A DNA stretch of 59,891 nucleotides from Gammaproteobacteria bacterium (GCA_031404555.1 JANNHT010000181.1:1-59891); one strand, 5' to 3'; positions 37,571 to 47,751 are shown, counted from the first letter of the stretch. Translations and numbers: made by a program. Notes: generated by a model from the letters alone, not told the origin.

Positions 37571-39115
37571 ATGATCGAAATCATGAAAGTCATTGCACTC
37601 GCCCTGATCCCCGCCTTTCTCATGGTCGCCACGGACGCGCGGGCGGAGTCGCCCGTCGCCCGGGCCCTCGCCGCGGCCGCGACCCATGTCTCGGCCCACG
37701 AGGCCGCGATCGTCCGGGAGCTCCGAGACCTGGTGGCCCTGCCGAATGTCGCGACCGATCCGGCGGATATCCGGACCAATGCCGAAGCGCTCGTCGTGCT
37801 GCTTGGGAAGCGCGGCATCGCCGCCCGCATCCTCGAGACGCCGGGCGCGCCGGTGTCCGTCTACGGCGAGCTCATGACGCCCGGTGCGACGCGAACCCTC
37901 CTTTTCTATGCACATTTCGACGGGCAGCCGGTCGGTACACCGACGGACTGGGCGACGCCTGCGTTCGCACCCACGCTGCGCCTTGGCAGGCTCGAGGACG
38001 GCGCGCCGGCCGTCGCCTGGAAGGACGCGCCGTCGCCGCTTCCCGACGAGGCGCGGATCTACGCGCGTTCCGCGAGCGACGACAAGGGCCCGATCATCGC
38101 GCTCCTCGCCGCGATCGATGCGCTGAAGGCCGCCGGCATTCCGCTCTCGGCCAACCTGAAGCTCTTCCTCGACGGCGAGGAGGAAGCGGGTTCGCCAAAC
38201 CTGTCGCGCACGCTCGCCGCGCACCGGCCGCTGCTCGCCTCGGATCTCTGGATCTTCGGCGACGGCCCGATCGACCCGCGCGGGCTGCCGCGGCTCGCGC
38301 TCGGCGTGCGCGGCGTGATGACGTTCCGGCTCACGGTCTACGGCCCGGCCTCTAGCCTGCACTCCGGCCACTATGGCAATGTCGCGCCGAATCCGGGCGC
38401 CCGGCTCGCGCACCTCATCGCCTCGATGCGCGCGCCGGATGCGCGCACCACGATCGCGGGGCTCGACGCACCGGCACCGACGGCGGAACAGCTCGCGCTC
38501 GCACGCACGGCCTTCGACACGCCGGGGATGCTCGCCTCGGCCGGCATCGGCGTCGCGGAGAGCGGGCTCGACTACGGCGAATCCATCCTGTTCCCGGCGC
38601 TCAATATCACGCAGCTGTCCTACGGCGGCACGGGCGGGCAGCGAAACGCGATCGATCCGGTGGCGAGCGCCGGCTTCGATCTGCGCCTGACGCCCGGGAT
38701 GACGGTTGCCGCCGCGCGCGGAGCGATCGAGGCGCACCTGCGTTCGCAGGGCTACCGGCTGCTGGACGTGCCGCCGACGCCGGAAGACAGGCGAACGCAT
38801 CCGCAGCTCGCGCGCATCGAGTGGGGCGACGGTTATCCGGCCGCGATGTCCGATCCCGGGCAGCCCGGCGTTGCCCGCGTCATAGCGGTGATGCGCGAAG
38901 CGACGGCGGATGCGGTCCGCGTCGCGCCGCTGATGGGCGGCAGCCTGCCGATAGCGCCGATCGGCGAGGTGCTTGGCACGCCCTTCGTGATCGCCCCGAT
39001 CGTGAACGCGGACAACAACCAGCACGCACCGAACGAGAACCTGCGCCTGATGGAATTCCGGCGCGGCATCCTGCTCTACGCGGCGCTGCTCGCGGCCGCA
39101 GGCTCCGGCTGGTAG
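37571..39115 (+). CDS. exported M20-family metallopeptidase (dipeptidase/carboxypeptidase type)
   Basis: Carries HFDGQP, SASDDKGPIIALL and DGEEEAGSP metal-ligand motifs. Has a signal peptide (MKVIALALIPAFLMVATDARA). The start could be GTG 37535, ATG 37571 or ATG 37583. Confidence 0.85.
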   Translation: MIEIMKVIALALIPAFLMVATDARAESPVARALAAAATHVSAHEAAIVRELRDLVALPNVATDPADIRTNAEALVVLLGKRGIAARILETPGAPVSVYGELMTPGATRTLLFYAHFDGQPVGTPTDWATPAFAPTLRLGRLEDGAPAVAWKDAPSPLPDEARIYARSASDDKGPIIALLAAIDALKAAGIPLSANLKLFLDGEEEAGSPNLSRTLAAHRPLLASDLWIFGDGPIDPRGLPRLALGVRGVMTFRLTVYGPASSLHSGHYGNVAPNPGARLAHLIASMRAPDARTTIAGLDAPAPTAEQLALARTAFDTPGMLASAGIGVAESGLDYGESILFPALNITQLSYGGTGGQRNAIDPVASAGFDLRLTPGMTVAAARGAIEAHLRSQGYRLLDVPPTPEDRRTHPQLARIEWGDGYPAAMSDPGQPGVARVIAVMREATADAVRVAPLMGGSLPIAPIGEVLGTPFVIAPIVNADNNQHAPNENLRLMEFRRGILLYAALLAAAGSGW

Positions 39116-39127
39116 CCGTCAGGACTG

Positions 39128-39175
39128 AAAAAAAGGGGGTCTGTCCCCTTTTAAAAGGGGACGGACCCCTTTTCT
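39128..39175. terminator. bidirectional rho-independent terminator (long near-perfect palindrome)
   Basis: aaaaaaaGGGGGTCtGTCCCCTTTT|AAAAGGGGACgGACCCCtttt lies between the convergent stops at 39115 and 39183. A GC-rich stem is flanked by an A-tract on one side and a T-tract on the other. Confidence 0.65.
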
Positions 39176-39182
39176 GCTGGGA

Positions 39183-40490
39183 TCAGGTTCCGGCGTGCGC
39201 CGGGACCGGGTGCTTTTTCCGCATCAGGAAATAGATCGGCAGGCCCGCGAGCGAGAGGCCGAGGGCCCACAGGAAGGGCTCCAGGCCGACGCCGAAGAAT
39301 GCGAACGCGGTGAATGCGAGCCCGCCCAGGGCCGCAAGCCAGAGCGCGGGCGGCGCGAGGCCGGGGACGCGCTTCCAGAGCAGGAAGACCGTGATGGCGC
39401 AGCAGAGATAGAGCGGCAGGTTCGCGGCGGTCACGATCACCGACAGGAACGTGAAGCCGGCGACCAGCGAATCGCTGTAGGCCATCAGTGCCATGAAGGT
39501 TGCGATCACCCCGATCACCAGCAGCCCGATCCAGGGCGCGCCGAAGCGGTTGATGCGGCCCATCGACTCGGGCATGAGCTTCTTGGTCGCGAGCGTGCGC
39601 GCGAGTTCCGCGACCACGAGCGTCCAGCCGTTCATGCAACCGAGGCCGCTGATGACGACGAAGAGCGCGAGCCAGCGCCCGTAGCCTTCGAGCAGGCTGT
39701 CAATGATCGTGACAAAGGGCGCATCCGACGCGGCGAGAGTCGCCTGCGGCACGAGCAGCATGCTGATCGCGACGACGGCGACATAGACGATCGCGACGAC
39801 CAGTGTGCCGATCAGCGTCGCGCGCGGGATCGTGCGCTCGGGATCCCGGGCGCGGCCGGCGGCGACCGTTGCGGATTCGAAGCCGAGCATCGCGTAGAGC
39901 GCGATGGACGCGGCCGCCATCGACGGCTGCAGGCCGACCGGCGGCGACGTGGGCAGGTTCGCCAGGTAGGCGGACGGCTCGCCGACGATGGCCGCGGCGC
40001 CCAGCACCATGACGAGCAACAGCGGCACGAGCTTCAGCAGCGAAGTGACGACCTGGACGCGGCCGCCGCTCTTGACGCCCAGCAGGTTGACGCCGACGAA
40101 CAGCCACATGAATGCGACGGACAGGAGCGCCGGCGGCAGCGCCTTCGAGGCCGGGAAAACGGAAATGAAATAGCCGACCACCGCGACTGCGAGCGTCGGC
40201 AGCGTGACGACGGTCGAGATCCAGTAACTCCACATCGCGGCGAAGGCGACCGGTTCGCCGAGCGTCGTGCGCACGTATTCGAACGGCCCGTCGGCCTGCG
40301 GCATCCGGCGCGCCAGTGCCGCGAACACGATCGCGAGGCTCGCGCAGCCGACAATGACCGCGAGCCAGGCAGTCAGGGCATTCAGGCCGAAGGGCGCGAG
40401 CGCAGCCGGCTGCATGAAGATGCCCATGCCGATCGTGTTGCCCACGACCAGCGCGGTGCACATCGCCAATCCGAGCTGGCGGGTGTTCAT
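39183..40490 (-). CDS. APC-superfamily amino acid permease
   Basis: 435 aa, about 12 TM helices, with an N-terminal GNTIGMGIFMQPA pattern typical of APC transporters. Confidence 0.88.
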   Translation of the reverse strand: MNTRQLGLAMCTALVVGNTIGMGIFMQPAALAPFGLNALTAWLAVIVGCASLAIVFAALARRMPQADGPFEYVRTTLGEPVAFAAMWSYWISTVVTLPTLAVAVVGYFISVFPASKALPPALLSVAFMWLFVGVNLLGVKSGGRVQVVTSLLKLVPLLLVMVLGAAAIVGEPSAYLANLPTSPPVGLQPSMAAASIALYAMLGFESATVAAGRARDPERTIPRATLIGTLVVAIVYVAVVAISMLLVPQATLAASDAPFVTIIDSLLEGYGRWLALFVVISGLGCMNGWTLVVAELARTLATKKLMPESMGRINRFGAPWIGLLVIGVIATFMALMAYSDSLVAGFTFLSVIVTAANLPLYLCCAITVFLLWKRVPGLAPPALWLAALGGLAFTAFAFFGVGLEPFLWALGLSLAGLPIYFLMRKKHPVPAHAGT

Positions 40491-41791
40491 CGGGCCGCTC
40501 CGGTTGCGATGAGAATGCCCTGCTTGATGACGCCGGCGACGTGGCGCAGGCGATCGATGTCGGCGAGCGGATCGCCGTCGATGGCGATGATGTCGGCGAA
40601 CTTGCCGGGCGTGATGGAGCCGAGCTCCTGGCTGCGCCCGAGGGAAGCCGCCGCGTCGATGGTCGCGGCGCGGATCGCGCCGAGCGGGGTCATGCCGTGG
40701 CGCACCATGTACTTGAACTGCCGCGCGTTGTCGCCGTGCGGGTAGATGCCTGAATCCGTGCCGAAGCCGATGCGCACGCCCGCGCGCACGGCCTTCTCGA
40801 ATCCGGCGCGCTGGATGTCGGTGGTCTCGCGGTTCTTGCGCAGGATCTCGGCTGACCAGCCGTCGCGCGTGCCGACTTCCTCGGTGTAGTCGCCGTTGTA
40901 GATGTCGGCGACCAGCCAGGCGCCGTGCTTCAGCATGAGCTCAATGCCCTCGTCGTCGAGATAAGAGCCGTGCTCGATCGTGCGCACGCCGGCGCGGATC
41001 GCGTTCTTGATGCCCTCGGCGCCGTGCGCATGCGCCGCAACGAAGGTGCCGCGCTTCGCAGCCTCCTCGACCGCCGCGCGGATCTCGGCCTCGCTGTATT
41101 CGGGCTCGGACGGCGTCGTGCCGGCGGCGAAGACCGCCCCGGTCGCGATGATCTTGATGAAGTCCGCGCCGCCGGCCAGCAGTTCGCGAACGCGTTTGCG
41201 CACCTCGTCGGCATTGTTCGCCACACCGCGGCGCATCTCGTCCGGCACGACGACGCCTTCCGGTAGGCCCGTGACTTCGCCGCCGCCGTTCGTGACCGTG
41301 ACGTAGGCGCCGGAGACGTACATGCGCGGGCCCACGACCAGGCCGCCATTGATCGCGTTGCGGAGTGCGACGTCCACGAGCGCGCGGTAGGTGCCGGCGT
41401 CCCGCACGGTCGTGAACCCGGCCGCGAGCGTGGCCCGCGCATGGGCGGCGCCGATCAGCGCGTCGCGGGCGGCGGAACTCGAGAGCGGTGCCGCGACGTC
41501 GGCCGAACTGATGTCGCCGACGAGATGCGTGTGCAGGTCGATGAGTCCCGGCAGCACGGTGTAGGCCGACCAGTCGACGAGACGACCGCTGCCGCGCGAG
41601 CCCGCGCTCCAGGGAGAAATGGATGCGATTCGGCCGTCGACGACGCGGATCGCCTGGTCTGCGAGATAGCGGCCCTGTTCGACGTCGAGCAGCCTCCCGG
41701 CCCGCACCACGATCGTTTCCGCGACTGCGGCCTGCCCGAGAATGGCGAGCGCAGCGGCCAGCGCGAAGCCAAGCCAATGATGCGACTTCAT
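40487..41791 (-). CDS. exported amidohydrolase-superfamily protein (COG1228-like)
   Basis: ATG at 41791 gives a signal peptide (MKSHHWLGFALAAALAILGQAAVA). Carries metal-binding DLHTHL and HAHG..., and a C-terminal GSITPGKFADIIAIDGDPLADI motif typical of this family. Confidence 0.85.
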   Translation of the reverse strand: MKSHHWLGFALAAALAILGQAAVAETIVVRAGRLLDVEQGRYLADQAIRVVDGRIASISPWSAGSRGSGRLVDWSAYTVLPGLIDLHTHLVGDISSADVAAPLSSSAARDALIGAAHARATLAAGFTTVRDAGTYRALVDVALRNAINGGLVVGPRMYVSGAYVTVTNGGGEVTGLPEGVVVPDEMRRGVANNADEVRKRVRELLAGGADFIKIIATGAVFAAGTTPSEPEYSEAEIRAAVEEAAKRGTFVAAHAHGAEGIKNAIRAGVRTIEHGSYLDDEGIELMLKHGAWLVADIYNGDYTEEVGTRDGWSAEILRKNRETTDIQRAGFEKAVRAGVRIGFGTDSGIYPHGDNARQFKYMVRHGMTPLGAIRAATIDAAASLGRSQELGSITPGKFADIIAIDGDPLADIDRLRHVAGVIKQGILIATGAAR

Positions 41792-41888
41792 TCGTTCCCC
41801 CCGGTTGCAGGCGCCATCATAGGCCGTTTGCGTGCACCGCCGCCGCATCCTGCGTTAGCATGGCGGCCCCTGACGTTGGTGGAACCGC

Positions 41889-43040
41889 ATGCATTCGATC
41901 CTGACATTATTGATGGTCCTCGTGACGACCGCTTCCGTGGCCGAGCCCCGGGCGCGCGATCTCGGCATTCCATTCGACGGGAAACCGGGGCCCCTCAATG
42001 CGATCACGGACGTCGCCGGCGTGACCGTGGGCCATGTCACGATCATCGAAGATTTCGCGACCGGGCATAAGGCACGGACCGGGGTGACGGCGATCCTGCC
42101 GCGCGGCCGCGGCAGCCTGAGGGCGCCGGTGTTCGCCGGATGGTTCGTGCTGAACGGCGCGGGCGAGATGACGGGCATGAACTGGATCGAGGAATCCGGC
42201 TCGCTCGACGGCCCGGTGATGCTGACGAACACGCACAGCGTCGGCACCGTGCACGAAGCGACGATCGCGTGGCGCGTGCACCAGGGCAATGCGGACGTCG
42301 CCGGCTATTTCTGGTCCACGCCCGTCGTCGCCGAAACCTGGGACGGCCACCTGAACGACGTCAACGGATTCCACGTCAAGCCCGCGCACGTGTTTGCGGC
42401 GCTCGATTCCGCAAAGCCGGGCCCGGTCGCGGAGGGCAACGTCGGCGGCGGCACCGGCATGACCTGCCACGAGTTCAAGTGCGGCATCGGCACGGCCTCG
42501 CGCCGGGTCGAGATCGTCGGCCGCGGGCCGGTCATCGTCGGCGTGCTGGTGCAGGCGAACTACGGCACGCGCGACAGCCTGCGCATCGCGGGCGTCCCGG
42601 TCGGTCAGCATCTCAAGAAGGACCGGCCGACGGAGAACATGCCGGCCGACGGTGACAGCGGATCGATCATCATCGTGATCGCGACCGATGCGCCGTTGCT
42701 GCCGCACCAGCTGAAGCGCGTCGCGCGCCGCGCGACCCTTGGCCTCGCGCGCCTCGGCTCCTTCGCCGGCAACGGCTCGGGCGACATCTTCGTCGCGTTC
42801 TCGACGGCCAACGTCTCGGCGTTCGCGGGCGGAGCGCAGGTCGCGGCCGACTTCCTGGACAACGGCAGCCTGGACCCGGTCTTCGAAGCCACGGTCCAGG
42901 CGACGGAAGAGGCGATCGTCAACTCGATGATCGCCGCGCGCGACATGCAGGGCGAGGGCGGGAGGCAGGCGATGGCGCTGCCGCAGCCGGAACTCATCAC
43001 GCTGCTGAAGCGCTACGGCCGGCTGTCCAACGCCAAGTAA
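41889..43040 (+). CDS. exported DmpA/BapA-type aminopeptidase (peptidase family S58/P1, Ntn hydrolase)
   Basis: 383 aa with a signal peptide. Carries NAITDVAGVTVGH, TGVTAILP, NGAGEMTG and GNVGGGTGM motifs of DmpA-like self-processing hydrolases. Confidence 0.85.
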   Translation: MHSILTLLMVLVTTASVAEPRARDLGIPFDGKPGPLNAITDVAGVTVGHVTIIEDFATGHKARTGVTAILPRGRGSLRAPVFAGWFVLNGAGEMTGMNWIEESGSLDGPVMLTNTHSVGTVHEATIAWRVHQGNADVAGYFWSTPVVAETWDGHLNDVNGFHVKPAHVFAALDSAKPGPVAEGNVGGGTGMTCHEFKCGIGTASRRVEIVGRGPVIVGVLVQANYGTRDSLRIAGVPVGQHLKKDRPTENMPADGDSGSIIIVIATDAPLLPHQLKRVARRATLGLARLGSFAGNGSGDIFVAFSTANVSAFAGGAQVAADFLDNGSLDPVFEATVQATEEAIVNSMIAARDMQGEGGRQAMALPQPELITLLKRYGRLSNAK

Positions 43041-45544
43041 CGCCCGTACCAGGCGCGCGCAGCGTTCAGGTAGTCGAGCGTCGCGACGCGCTCGGCATCG
43101 TCGTTCCAACCGCCGCGCGCTCCGGCAGCTTCGATCACGCGGTCCATCCAGGCGACGAAATAGGCGGCGTCTTCCGGAGCGGGCGGCGCCGCAGGCGAAT
43201 CGATATAGATCGGGCTCGTCGTCGCATACGGGTACAGGTCGAGCACCCAGGGATCGGGCTTGTCGTTCCACGCGCGCAGCAGCAGCCAGCCGCCCTGCTG
43301 GATGGCCATCTCGCCATTCCAGTCGAGCCGCGTGCGGTCGCCCATCAGCTTGAAGTTCTTCAGCACGCGGCCGTTCTGCACCAGTTCGACATGATCGACA
43401 GGCAGGGGAGAGCGCATCGCGACGCGGACCGGCAGCTTCCCGGCGCGCGCGAGGGTTGCGCCGGGATTCCGACCGTCGACCTCGAGGCCGAGCAGCGGCC
43501 CATTGCTCACGAACGTGCGCCCGGACTTCAGCGCGTCGCGAAGCGCTTCCGGGCTGCGCTCGCCGTTCGTCTCGAGGAACACGCGCACGAGACCGACCGG
43601 GCCGCGGAGCGACGCGTAGTTCGCCATCGCATCCGTGCCCGCGCCCGCGGGAAGGCGGAAGCCGAGATTCAGCAACCGGTACCAGATGCCCGCGGTGATG
43701 TGGTGGTCGGAGAAGCCCATGACCTCGAGGTAGTCGATCTTTCCCGCAGCGACGTCGGCTGGTAGCTGGTACGAGAGGATTTTTTCCTTCGGCGGGTCGA
43801 TCGGGAAATCCGCGATGTGCACGTAGCCCACGAGGCCGCCCTGGGCGTGAGCGGTGTCCGCGACCACGCCGTTGTGCGGCCAGGGACCGGCGAGCCCGGT
43901 GTGCCGATAGGCGGCGTAATCTGGCAGCAGGAACGTCTTGGCAAGATGGATCAGGCCGAGGTGTCCCCAGAAGCTCGTGTGGTACTCCTGCGCGTGAAAG
44001 AGGATCCGCTTGCTGCTGGCGGGATCGGGATCGGGGCTGAAGTACCCGATGTCCGGGATGCGCTCTTCCTTGTTGACGATGAGGTTGTGGACGACGTCGA
44101 GGTCCTCCGCCTCCTGCTGTGCAAGGAGCGTCGCGGGGGTGCTGCGGTAATGGCCGCCGTAGTTCATGTGAACGTGCAGGTCGGCGCTCAGGAAGCGGCC
44201 GAATTCTTCGGGGAGATCGTTGTCCGGCAGTCGCACCGGCACCTCCGTCAGCCCGCCGACGTCGAATTCGCGTTCGATGCGCACGTGCTTACGGCGAAAG
44301 CCGCTCTGCACCTGGATCACGGTCTTCCCCGGCGGCACCTTGACGCTGCAGAGCTCGGGGCAGTGCATGTAGTGCACCTCGCTCGGCAATTGCGCCGGAT
44401 CATGGGCCTCGTCGCCGTGCATCCACGCATGCCAGGCGCCATGCCAGCGCCGGTCGCTGCCGAGCACGGAGACGCGGGCCGAAATCGGGTTGCCATCCGC
44501 GTCCTGCGGCTTGATCGCCAGGAAAGCGGGCGCCATCAGCCGCCGGATAGCCTGCGGCCGCACCTGGAAGCTCGAGAGGCCAAAGAAATCCTCGACCCAG
44601 AGGGCGCCGTTGCCGCCCAGGTTGCTGATGTAGGCGACGCGCTTGCCGTCCGGCGACCAGCGCGCATTGCGCCGGTCGAACTCGCCGTAGGTGAGCGGCA
44701 GCGGCGCGGCATCGTCCGTCGTCGTGATCCAGAGCTGGTGCCACTGCGCGCCGTGGTAGTTGGAGAACAGGATCCGCCTGCCGTCCGGCGCGACCTCCGG
44801 TCGCGCGGCCCAGGACGTCTCGAGCTGATGCCTGTCGAGACACGCCGGTTCGCCGCCGTCCAAGGCGATCGAGCAGATCCAGCCCGTGCCCCAGGGGATC
44901 TCGGCATTGCTGACGAAGAAGACGCGCTCGCCGTCCGGCGCCCAGGAGGGATTGATCGCGTGGTCGTGCGTGGAATAGTAGTAACGGTCGATCCGGCTCT
45001 CGCGCGGTTCCACGAGATAGCGCTCGTTCGCGAGCCCCTCGGGCGTGAGGTCGGCGATCTTGAGATTGAAGTGGCCGGTGCCGGCGGTGGAGACGAACAC
45101 GATCTGACGCCCGCTCGGCGAAATGCGCGGCTCGAGGTTGACGCCGCCGTTCGCCGTGAGGGCCTCGGTCCTGCCGCTCGCGAGGTCAAGCCGGCCGAGC
45201 TCAATCGCCTTGCCGTCGTAGCGGCTGAAAACGACGCTGCCGCCGTCCGGCGCGACGTCCGGCTGGTAGTCGTAGGCGCCCTCGGCGTGCGTCAACTCGT
45301 AGGCGTTCCCGTCGCCGATGCGCTGGCGCCACAGCGAGCCGTCCATGCTGTAGATCAGCTCGTCGCCTGACGGCAGGAAGGCGACGGACGAGGGGCCCGT
45401 CGTCAGCTGCGGAATGTAGAGTTCGCGCCAGTAATAGTTGTGCGGGAGCTTGATCTGCGAGAGCACCGCTTCGCGCGCCGCCTCAGCTGGCGCCGCAAGC
45501 AGGAGCGGGGCGAGCAGCGCGAGCGCGAGCGCCCCGCGCTTCAT
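43013..45544 (-). CDS. exported TolB-like beta-propeller fused to CehA/McbA-type (PHP-like) metallohydrolase
   Basis: ATG at 45544 overlaps the upstream stop (ATGA). It has a signal peptide and repeated PD40-type blades (APDGGSVVF, SPSGRQIVFVS, APDGERVFFVS, APDGRRILFS, SPDGKRVAYIS). These are followed by ADLHVHMNYGG...AGAGTDAM metallohydrolase motifs. Confidence 0.8.
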   Translation of the reverse strand: MKRGALALALLAPLLLAAPAEAAREAVLSQIKLPHNYYWRELYIPQLTTGPSSVAFLPSGDELIYSMDGSLWRQRIGDGNAYELTHAEGAYDYQPDVAPDGGSVVFSRYDGKAIELGRLDLASGRTEALTANGGVNLEPRISPSGRQIVFVSTAGTGHFNLKIADLTPEGLANERYLVEPRESRIDRYYYSTHDHAINPSWAPDGERVFFVSNAEIPWGTGWICSIALDGGEPACLDRHQLETSWAARPEVAPDGRRILFSNYHGAQWHQLWITTTDDAAPLPLTYGEFDRRNARWSPDGKRVAYISNLGGNGALWVEDFFGLSSFQVRPQAIRRLMAPAFLAIKPQDADGNPISARVSVLGSDRRWHGAWHAWMHGDEAHDPAQLPSEVHYMHCPELCSVKVPPGKTVIQVQSGFRRKHVRIEREFDVGGLTEVPVRLPDNDLPEEFGRFLSADLHVHMNYGGHYRSTPATLLAQQEAEDLDVVHNLIVNKEERIPDIGYFSPDPDPASSKRILFHAQEYHTSFWGHLGLIHLAKTFLLPDYAAYRHTGLAGPWPHNGVVADTAHAQGGLVGYVHIADFPIDPPKEKILSYQLPADVAAGKIDYLEVMGFSDHHITAGIWYRLLNLGFRLPAGAGTDAMANYASLRGPVGLVRVFLETNGERSPEALRDALKSGRTFVSNGPLLGLEVDGRNPGATLARAGKLPVRVAMRSPLPVDHVELVQNGRVLKNFKLMGDRTRLDWNGEMAIQQGGWLLLRAWNDKPDPWVLDLYPYATTSPIYIDSPAAPPAPEDAAYFVAWMDRVIEAAGARGGWNDDAERVATLDYLNAARAWYGRYLALDSRP

Positions 45545-46890
45545 GCGCTGCCCGCCAGCGCTTCGTCGAGGCTCTGCCGAAGGTAGATCATCGCCTCGTC
45601 CACTTCCGCTTCCGTGACGCAGAGCGGCGGCATGAAGCGCAGCGTCGAGACGCCGCAGGTCAGGAGCAGGAGCCCGTTCTGGTAGGCGCGGTGCAGGAGC
45701 GGGTCCATCAGCTTCTTCGCCGGCGCGCCGTCCTTCTCGATCAGCTCCATGCCGATCATGAGCCCGCGACCGCGCAGGTCGCCGATGCAGGGATACTCGG
45801 GGCGGAGCGCCTCGAGGCGCTTCATGAAATGCGCGCCGACCTTCGCCGCGTTCTGCACGTACTGCTCGCGCACCAGGTCGATGGTCGCGTTCGCCGCGGC
45901 GCAACAGACCGGGTTGCCGCCGAAGGTGTTGCCGTGCGCGCCTTTCTTCCACTGCTTCATCAGGCTCTGCTTCGCGACCACGGCGCCGATCGGCATGCCG
46001 GAGCCGAGGCCTTTTGCGAGTGTCATGATGTCGGGGGTCACGCCCGAGTGCTGGGAAGCGAACATCTTCCCGGTACGGCCGATGCCCGACTGCACCTCGT
46101 CAAACACCAGCAGGATGCCGTTCTCGTCGCAGATCTGGCGCAGGCCCTGGAGGAATCCGTCCGGCGGCACGAGATAGCCGCCCTCGCCCTGGAGCGGCTC
46201 GACGACGATCGCCGCGACTTCATTCGCCGGGAGGTTGCGCTCGAACAGCATGCGGATGTAGTCGAGCACGGCCTTGCCCTGGTCGGCGCCCGCGAACAGC
46301 GGTCGGTACGGATTCGGGTAGGGCACGTGCGTCACGCCCGGCATGGTCGGAAAGAATCCCGCCTGCTGCGTGACCTTGCTGGAGGTCAGCGACAGCGAGC
46401 CCATCGTGCGGCCGTGGAAGCTGCCGAGGAAGGCGATGATGCGCTGGCGCTTGGTCACGTAGCGCGCGAGCTTCAGCGCGCCCTCGACCGATTCCGTGCC
46501 GGACTGGCAGAAGAAGCACATGCCGGGCTCGCCGAGCGGCACGATCGCGGACAGGCGCTCCGCGAGAGCCGTCATCTCCTCGTGCCAGTAGTCGCTCGAG
46601 ATGTGCAGAAACTTCGCCGCCGCATCCTGCACGGCCTTCACCACGCGCGGGTGCGCATGGCCGGTCGCGCAGACCGCGATGCCGGCCGCGAAATCGAGGA
46701 AGCGGTTGCCGTCCACGTCCCAGGCTTCGGTGCCGCGGGCGTGCGACATCACGAACGGGTAGTCGCGCGGATAAGAGGGCGAGGCGACCTTCGCGTCGCG
46801 CTCGATCATCGCGCGGGACATCGGCCCGGGCAGCTCCGTCTTGATATGTGGGTTCTTCGGGGGTTGTCCGGTGCGGTTGGCGAGCGTCAT
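45541..46890 (-). CDS. class-III (omega) aminotransferase, GabT/acetylornithine-type
   Basis: 449 aa with SGTESVEGALKLAR, DEVQSGIGRTGKMFA and TLAKGLGSG (PLP lysine). Confidence 0.9.
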   Translation of the reverse strand: MTLANRTGQPPKNPHIKTELPGPMSRAMIERDAKVASPSYPRDYPFVMSHARGTEAWDVDGNRFLDFAAGIAVCATGHAHPRVVKAVQDAAAKFLHISSDYWHEEMTALAERLSAIVPLGEPGMCFFCQSGTESVEGALKLARYVTKRQRIIAFLGSFHGRTMGSLSLTSSKVTQQAGFFPTMPGVTHVPYPNPYRPLFAGADQGKAVLDYIRMLFERNLPANEVAAIVVEPLQGEGGYLVPPDGFLQGLRQICDENGILLVFDEVQSGIGRTGKMFASQHSGVTPDIMTLAKGLGSGMPIGAVVAKQSLMKQWKKGAHGNTFGGNPVCCAAANATIDLVREQYVQNAAKVGAHFMKRLEALRPEYPCIGDLRGRGLMIGMELIEKDGAPAKKLMDPLLHRAYQNGLLLLTCGVSTLRFMPPLCVTEAEVDEAMIYLRQSLDEALAGSA

Positions 46891-47660
46891 GGGAGCCTCA
46901 CGGGTTCTCGGTGCGCGGCTTCCGTCCGGGCCTCGAGCGCGCGCAGTGCCGCGAGCTCGGGCGCCGTCGGCGCCGAATGAATTGCGATCTCGGGCGCGAA
47001 CGCCAGCGGCCAGCCGACGGCGGCCTGCGCCTCCTCGACCGGGATGCCGGGATAGCTTACGGAAAGCGCGAGCTCGCCGCTGCCCGGCAGCGGTTTCAGG
47101 ATGCCGACGTCGGTCACGACGACAGCCGGACCGCCGCCCTTCGCGCCGCTCGCCGCGCGGCCGGCGAAATGCCCGCCGCTAGTCTGGAAGTCGATCGCCT
47201 TCACGAAGCTGCGCGGCGTCGCCTTCATGACGATGAAGACCTGGCGCGCGTGTGCCGCGATCTCGGTCGCGCCGCCCGAGCCCGGCAGGCGCGTCTTCGG
47301 CTTGGCGTAGGGACCGATCACCGTGCTGTTCAGGTTGCCGAAGCAGTCGATCTGCGCGGCGCCCAGGAATCCGACGTCGATACGCCCGGCCTGGAGGTAG
47401 TCGCTGAAGATCTCGGGCAGCGGCACGACGCAGGTAGCGGTCTCGGCGAGTTCGCCGTCGCCGATCGAGAGCGGCAGCACGGTCGGACGCGTGCCGATCG
47501 TGCCCGACTCGTAGATCAGCACGAGCCCCGGCGCATGCGTGAGCCGCGCGAGGTTGCAGGCGGCGCTCGGCAGGCCGATGCCGACGAAGCAGACCTGGCC
47601 GTCCGCCAGCAGTCTTGCCGCGGCAACCGTCATCATCTCGTCGCGCGTGTACGTGCTCAC
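46887..47660 (-). CDS. CoA-transferase subunit B (glutaconate/3-oxoacid family)
   Basis: GTG at 47660 is preceded by GAGGG. Carries YTRDEMMTVAAARLLADGQVCFVGIGLPS and GSGGATEIA. An alternative GTG lies at 47684. Confidence 0.8.
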   Translation of the reverse strand: MSTYTRDEMMTVAAARLLADGQVCFVGIGLPSAACNLARLTHAPGLVLIYESGTIGTRPTVLPLSIGDGELAETATCVVPLPEIFSDYLQAGRIDVGFLGAAQIDCFGNLNSTVIGPYAKPKTRLPGSGGATEIAAHARQVFIVMKATPRSFVKAIDFQTSGGHFAGRAASGAKGGGPAVVVTDVGILKPLPGSGELALSVSYPGIPVEEAQAAVGWPLAFAPEIAIHSAPTAPELAALRALEARTEAAHREPVRLP

Positions 47661-47751
47661 GCGGCGCCCTCGGACGAGACGCACCGGCGCGCGCGAGCGA
47701 GCGGGCGTCCCGGTCGCAAAGCAGGCTCGCGACCGATGCCGGAGTCGACGC

